This document shows positions 60,144-64,000 of a DNA stretch of 64,000 nt, piece after piece. A model generated the notes under the pieces. It made no database searches and had not been told where the DNA came from. It was given only the letters and a program-made list of their open reading frames with translations. Origin of the DNA: Bacteroidia bacterium (GTDB lineage Bacteria; Bacteroidota; Bacteroidia; M30B66). The position numbers and the translations under genes are program-made. How positions within the stretch are numbered: position 1 is the first letter of the stretch; every line of letters begins with the position of its first letter. The stretch spans positions 46 through 64,045 of the forward strand of contig JBKCHQ010000200.1 in NCBI GenBank assembly GCA_046302715.1. The letters are read 5' to 3'.

Positions 60144-63143
60144 GTGTTTCGGCTTTTAGTTTTTGTGTTTTTGTTTTCTGGAGTTGCCAGCGCGCAAGTT
60201 CTAATAAATGAAGTATCTGCATCAAACAGGTCCAACTTTGCCGATGGTTTTGGTGAATATGAGGATTGGATTGAATTGTACAATGCAGGACCTGGAGTAG
60301 CGGATATCAGCAATCATTTCTTAAGTGACAATCCCGCAAATCCCACAAAATGGCAAATACCAGCGGGTACAACTATAGCCCCAGGCACGTATCGTATCTT
60401 TTTCTGTTCGGGTCGCGACCTAACCACCGGGCCGCTTCATACCAATTTTAAACTCACGCAAACGTCAGGTGAAACAGTGCTTTTCTCTGATATTGGAGCA
60501 GCAATGCTCGATAGTTATACCCTTCAACCTACATTGGTCAATCAAAGTCGTGGTCGTTATCCTGATGGCGGACCTTGGAAAGTGCTTATTAACCCAACGC
60601 CGGGTACGGCCAATTCTGCCAATGCATTCGACGGATACACCGAAAACCCGCAGATGAATCTTGCGCCTGGCATTTATGCCACGGCACAAACCCTTACAAT
60701 GAACACCACAGATGCAGGAATTACGATCCGATATACGCTCGATGGATCAGAGCCTGGTCCCGCTTCTCCTGTTTATGCCGCTCCAATAAACATTTCAACG
60801 AGTACGGTGGTAAGGGCACGTTCCTACCCACCTGCGGGCAGTTCATTTACTCCTGGTTTTATTGAAAATAACTCTTATTTTATCGGCATTAGCCATACCG
60901 TACCCGTTGTATCGCTTATTTCAGATCAATATACCAATCTGTTTAATAACAGTATGTTTGAAATAAAGACCGGCATTGAGTATTTTGATGCATCGGGGGT
61001 GTTTCAGTGGGAGTCATACGGAGAGGCCGATCCGCACGGGAATGACAGCTGGGCCTATCCACAAAAAGGAGTAGATTTCGTGGTGCGCGATCAATATGGT
61101 TATGATAATGAAATAGAATATCAGATATTTCCAACAAAGACCCGTCAGAAGTTTCAACGCATCATGTTCAAGGCTGGAGCATCTGATAATTATCCCTTCA
61201 GTGGAGCCCCAAACCCCAATTGCCATCTCCGTGATGCATTTGTGCAAACATTAGCCGAAAAGGCGCATATGAAAGTGGATTACCGGGCTAACGATCATTG
61301 CGTGGTTTACATCAACGGTGATTATTGGGGGGTTTACGAAATTCGCGAAAAGGTTGGAGATCCTGACTATACCGATTATTACTGGGGGCAGGAAGAAGAA
61401 GATCTCGACTTTTTATCGTATTGGGGCGGGTTAAACGTGCGATACGGTTCACCGCTCGACTGGAACGATTTGTATGCCTATATAATGGCTAATGATTTAT
61501 CGGTTCAGGCCAACTACGATGCTGTTGCAGCTCGATTGGATGTTGCATCGGCAATTGATTACATGATTATCAACACCTGGAGCGTTAATAGCGACTGGAT
61601 TAGTTGGAATACCATGTGGTGGCGCGGTAGGGGAACACCAGCCGTTAAATGGAAATATGCCCTTTGGGATATGGACAACACGTTTAATCTGGGGCAGAAT
61701 TTTTCGGGTTGGAATACCATGGGGTTTACGGCCGATCCTTGTGATTTGGAAGATAATTTTGGCACCGCAGGGCCCAATATGGGGCACATGAATGTTTTCG
61801 CAAGGCTGATGGCAAACACAGAATTTAAGCAGCAATTTGTGAATCGTTACGCCGAAATGTTGAATACCTACCTGCATTGCGACGTTGCGCTTGCACACCT
61901 CGATAGTATTGCCGATCATATTGCCCCTGAAATGCCTGGCCAAATTGCCCGCTGGGGTGGAACGTACGCAGAATGGCAGAACAATTTAAATTACATGCGC
62001 AACCAAATTACGGGGCGCTGCGAGTACATTCTCGAAAATGGAGTGATTGATTGCTATGAGGTTAATGGTCCATGGAATTTGGCGTTTAATGTGAGTCCGG
62101 CCGGTGCTGGAACCATTCGTTTTAACGAGCTTCAGTTGCCTCAATACCCGTGGAATGGCGATTATTTCGGTGGTGTTGAAGGCGAAATACAAGCAACACC
62201 GGCAAACGCATTGTATGAATTTGATTATTGGGAGGTAATAAATACGACCACGCTTAATTCGGCCATCACCGAATCGCTCAATTCGTTTATGATTACAGCA
62301 AGCGATAGTATTATCGCCCATTTTAGACTCATTGAGCAACATGAAATTGTAGTTCTGGTGGAGCCGCCCGGAACAGGCAATGTTTCGATTAACGGCATTA
62401 CACCAGCTACTTACCCTTATTCGCAAATCTACAGTCAGGATTTTAGTGTGTCGCTTTCGGCGACACCTATCGTGAATTATGAGTTTGTGGCGTATTCCGA
62501 TTTGCATCATGTGAATGCTATTGATTCGCTCATGCCCGATATTACTTTCCTTGTAGATACGCCCGATACTATCATAGCTCACTTTAAACCCATTCAAACC
62601 TGGTTCCTAACCCTTGTTACCGACCCGGCATTGGCCGGAAAAATCAGTATTAACGGTTCTTTTATTGAAACCTATCCCACAACTTTGGAATTTTTCCCGG
62701 ATCAAGAAATTCAAACAGGCATTATAACTTCTAACGATTATTTGTTTTCGCACTATAGTTTGAATTATCATGCGCTTGATTTCGATTCGACAATTGCCGA
62801 AAATCGCTTTGTGCTGGATACCACCGATACATTAACAGCTCATTTTAAACTAAAGGAAGTCATTCCTCAAACTTTGTATGTACCATCGGGGTTTTCACCC
62901 AATAACGATGGCATAAATGATGTTTTTAGGGCACTGCACTCTGAAACCATTAGCGAAGGAGCCATTGAAATTTATGATCGATGGGGAGAATTGGTATATA
63001 AATCAGACTCCTTAGACTTCGCTTGGGACGGAACCCGCAAAGGAATTCCTTTGCTAGAGGATGTATATTTCTACAGATTAACGTATTTCCTGTATGAAAA
63101 CTTTTCAGAAAGTGTTCAAGGAACCATTACTATTTACCGATAA
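60144..63143 (+). CDS. Secreted lamin-tail-domain (LTD) + CotH kinase-family protein with T9SS type B C-terminal domain
   Basis: Signal peptide. N-terminal LTD (VLINEVSASN...DWIELYNAG). Chitobiase/beta-hexosaminidase-C-like segment (TIRYTLDGSEP). CotH-like central region (~aa 250-600). C terminus matches type B CTD (YVPSGFSPNNDGINDVF...DVYFYRL). Confidence 0.7.
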   Translation: MFRLLVFVFLFSGVASAQVLINEVSASNRSNFADGFGEYEDWIELYNAGPGVADISNHFLSDNPANPTKWQIPAGTTIAPGTYRIFFCSGRDLTTGPLHTNFKLTQTSGETVLFSDIGAAMLDSYTLQPTLVNQSRGRYPDGGPWKVLINPTPGTANSANAFDGYTENPQMNLAPGIYATAQTLTMNTTDAGITIRYTLDGSEPGPASPVYAAPINISTSTVVRARSYPPAGSSFTPGFIENNSYFIGISHTVPVVSLISDQYTNLFNNSMFEIKTGIEYFDASGVFQWESYGEADPHGNDSWAYPQKGVDFVVRDQYGYDNEIEYQIFPTKTRQKFQRIMFKAGASDNYPFSGAPNPNCHLRDAFVQTLAEKAHMKVDYRANDHCVVYINGDYWGVYEIREKVGDPDYTDYYWGQEEEDLDFLSYWGGLNVRYGSPLDWNDLYAYIMANDLSVQANYDAVAARLDVASAIDYMIINTWSVNSDWISWNTMWWRGRGTPAVKWKYALWDMDNTFNLGQNFSGWNTMGFTADPCDLEDNFGTAGPNMGHMNVFARLMANTEFKQQFVNRYAEMLNTYLHCDVALAHLDSIADHIAPEMPGQIARWGGTYAEWQNNLNYMRNQITGRCEYILENGVIDCYEVNGPWNLAFNVSPAGAGTIRFNELQLPQYPWNGDYFGGVEGEIQATPANALYEFDYWEVINTTTLNSAITESLNSFMITASDSIIAHFRLIEQHEIVVLVEPPGTGNVSINGITPATYPYSQIYSQDFSVSLSATPIVNYEFVAYSDLHHVNAIDSLMPDITFLVDTPDTIIAHFKPIQTWFLTLVTDPALAGKISINGSFIETYPTTLEFFPDQEIQTGIITSNDYLFSHYSLNYHALDFDSTIAENRFVLDTTDTLTAHFKLKEVIPQTLYVPSGFSPNNDGINDVFRALHSETISEGAIEIYDRWGELVYKSDSLDFAWDGTRKGIPLLEDVYFYRLTYFLYENFSESVQGTITIYR

Positions 63144-63149
63144 CTGCTT

Positions 63150-64000
63150 ATGCCTTTCAGGTTTCCTTTATTGCTGCTGATTATTGGTCAGCTTTTTAGC
63201 TCCAATCTTAGTGCTCAATTGCTTCTTAATGAAGTTTATGTAAATCGTCCTGGTTCGTTGGGTACCGACGAGCCCTATGAATTTATCGAACTGAAAGCAA
63301 CGCCGGGTTCAACGCTCAACAAATTGTATGTTGTGGCTTTCGAAAGCGATTCGGGCTCAGCCGGAAATGCCGACTTGGTTATCCCTATTAACAATGTTAC
63401 CGTTGGAGCAAATGGATTGATATTTATCGGGACGCAGCTCGGGTATCCCAACATCAATCCCGAAACGGTTTTTATAGATACGTTGATTTTTGGCCTGCCT
63501 ATCCTTGAAAACGGCAGTATCTCATTTGCAACAATATTTAGCAATACCCCAATTCTTAAGGATGTGGATTATGACACCAACAACGACGGGGTGTTAGACC
63601 TTCCACCCGGAGCGGTTGTGCAGGATGCAGTGGGTTGGAGCAATGGTGAATTAACAGCACTCATTTACGGCGGTGTATCGCTTACCCAATCTGCCGGAAC
63701 ACCGGATGCCGCGGTACGTTTTTTTGACAATACCACCCCTTTTTCTCAAGTAGCTTGGTATAATGGAGATTTAGCAACAGTCACAACATTCGACGCACTG
63801 GAGGTAAGCGGCAATTTTCCCGATGGAGGGGGGATTACACCGGGTGAAATAAATATTCCAAACCACGGTTTAGGGATTCAAAAACAGGAGGATTCTGTTG
63901 TGGTATATCCCAATCCCTGCGCAGACAAACTATACGTGAAAAGTTCTAATTCGCAGGCAAATTTAAATTGGTCACTCACTGCGATTGATGGTAAAACCTT
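63150..64000 (+). CDS. Secreted lamin-tail-domain protein with T9SS type A C-terminal sorting domain (3' end outside window)
   Basis: Signal peptide (MPFRFPLLLLIIGQLFSSNLSAQ). LTD (LLLNEVYVNRPGSLGTDEPYEFIELKATPGS). Near the window end, VVVYPNPCADKLYVK is the start of a type A CTD. Not in the ORF track because no stop lies within the window. Confidence 0.55.
   Translation, partial: MPFRFPLLLLIIGQLFSSNLSAQLLLNEVYVNRPGSLGTDEPYEFIELKATPGSTLNKLYVVAFESDSGSAGNADLVIPINNVTVGANGLIFIGTQLGYPNINPETVFIDTLIFGLPILENGSISFATIFSNTPILKDVDYDTNNDGVLDLPPGAVVQDAVGWSNGELTALIYGGVSLTQSAGTPDAAVRFFDNTTPFSQVAWYNGDLATVTTFDALEVSGNFPDGGGITPGEINIPNHGLGIQKQEDSVVVYPNPCADKLYVKSSNSQANLNWSLTAIDGKT

Noticed and set aside
61497-62597. 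Two minus-strand ORFs (148 and 203 aa) inside the CotH gene
   Set aside because: They are antisense to a well-supported 999-aa coding frame. They are Cys/His/Arg-rich and of low complexity, typical of reverse-frame artefacts, and have no recognisable motifs.

Overview
This window looks like Bacteroidota chromosome, possibly Flavobacteriia or Cytophagia-like, inferred from the gliding-motility/T9SS C-terminal domains, TAnnTTTG -7 promoter motifs and the ftsK-lolA gene order. I could not run any searches, so all calls rest on reading the six-frame translations and the DNA.

Most of the window is housekeeping genes:
- pheT (C-terminal part), recR, lgt, mtaB-like, rpsT, guaA, hemF, ftsK, speA/speB, argS, ffh, folD, queE, aroK, a 2-oxoacid dehydrogenase E2 gene, tRNA-Glu(TTC) and tRNA-Leu(GAG).
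- Nearly all genes from 14.3 kb to 28.3 kb are on the minus strand.

Accessory-type content:
- Six secreted proteins carry T9SS C-terminal sorting domains: three type B ('gliding motility-associated CTD') and three type A. One is a lamin-tail-domain (LTD)-CotH protein, and it is followed by a second LTD protein.
- A tight four-gene operon encodes a cytoplasmic signalling module: FIST protein, histidine kinase, stand-alone receiver, and a hybrid kinase with two receivers.
- A heptaheme c-type cytochrome is fused to TPR repeats and abuts mltG.
- A sigma-54 activator lacks any DNA-binding HTH.

I found no CRISPR arrays, transposases, integrases, restriction or toxin-antitoxin genes. Nothing here clearly stands out as a self-contained undescribed system. 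The signalling operon, the cytochrome-TPR fusion and the LTD-CotH pair are the parts I would look at first.
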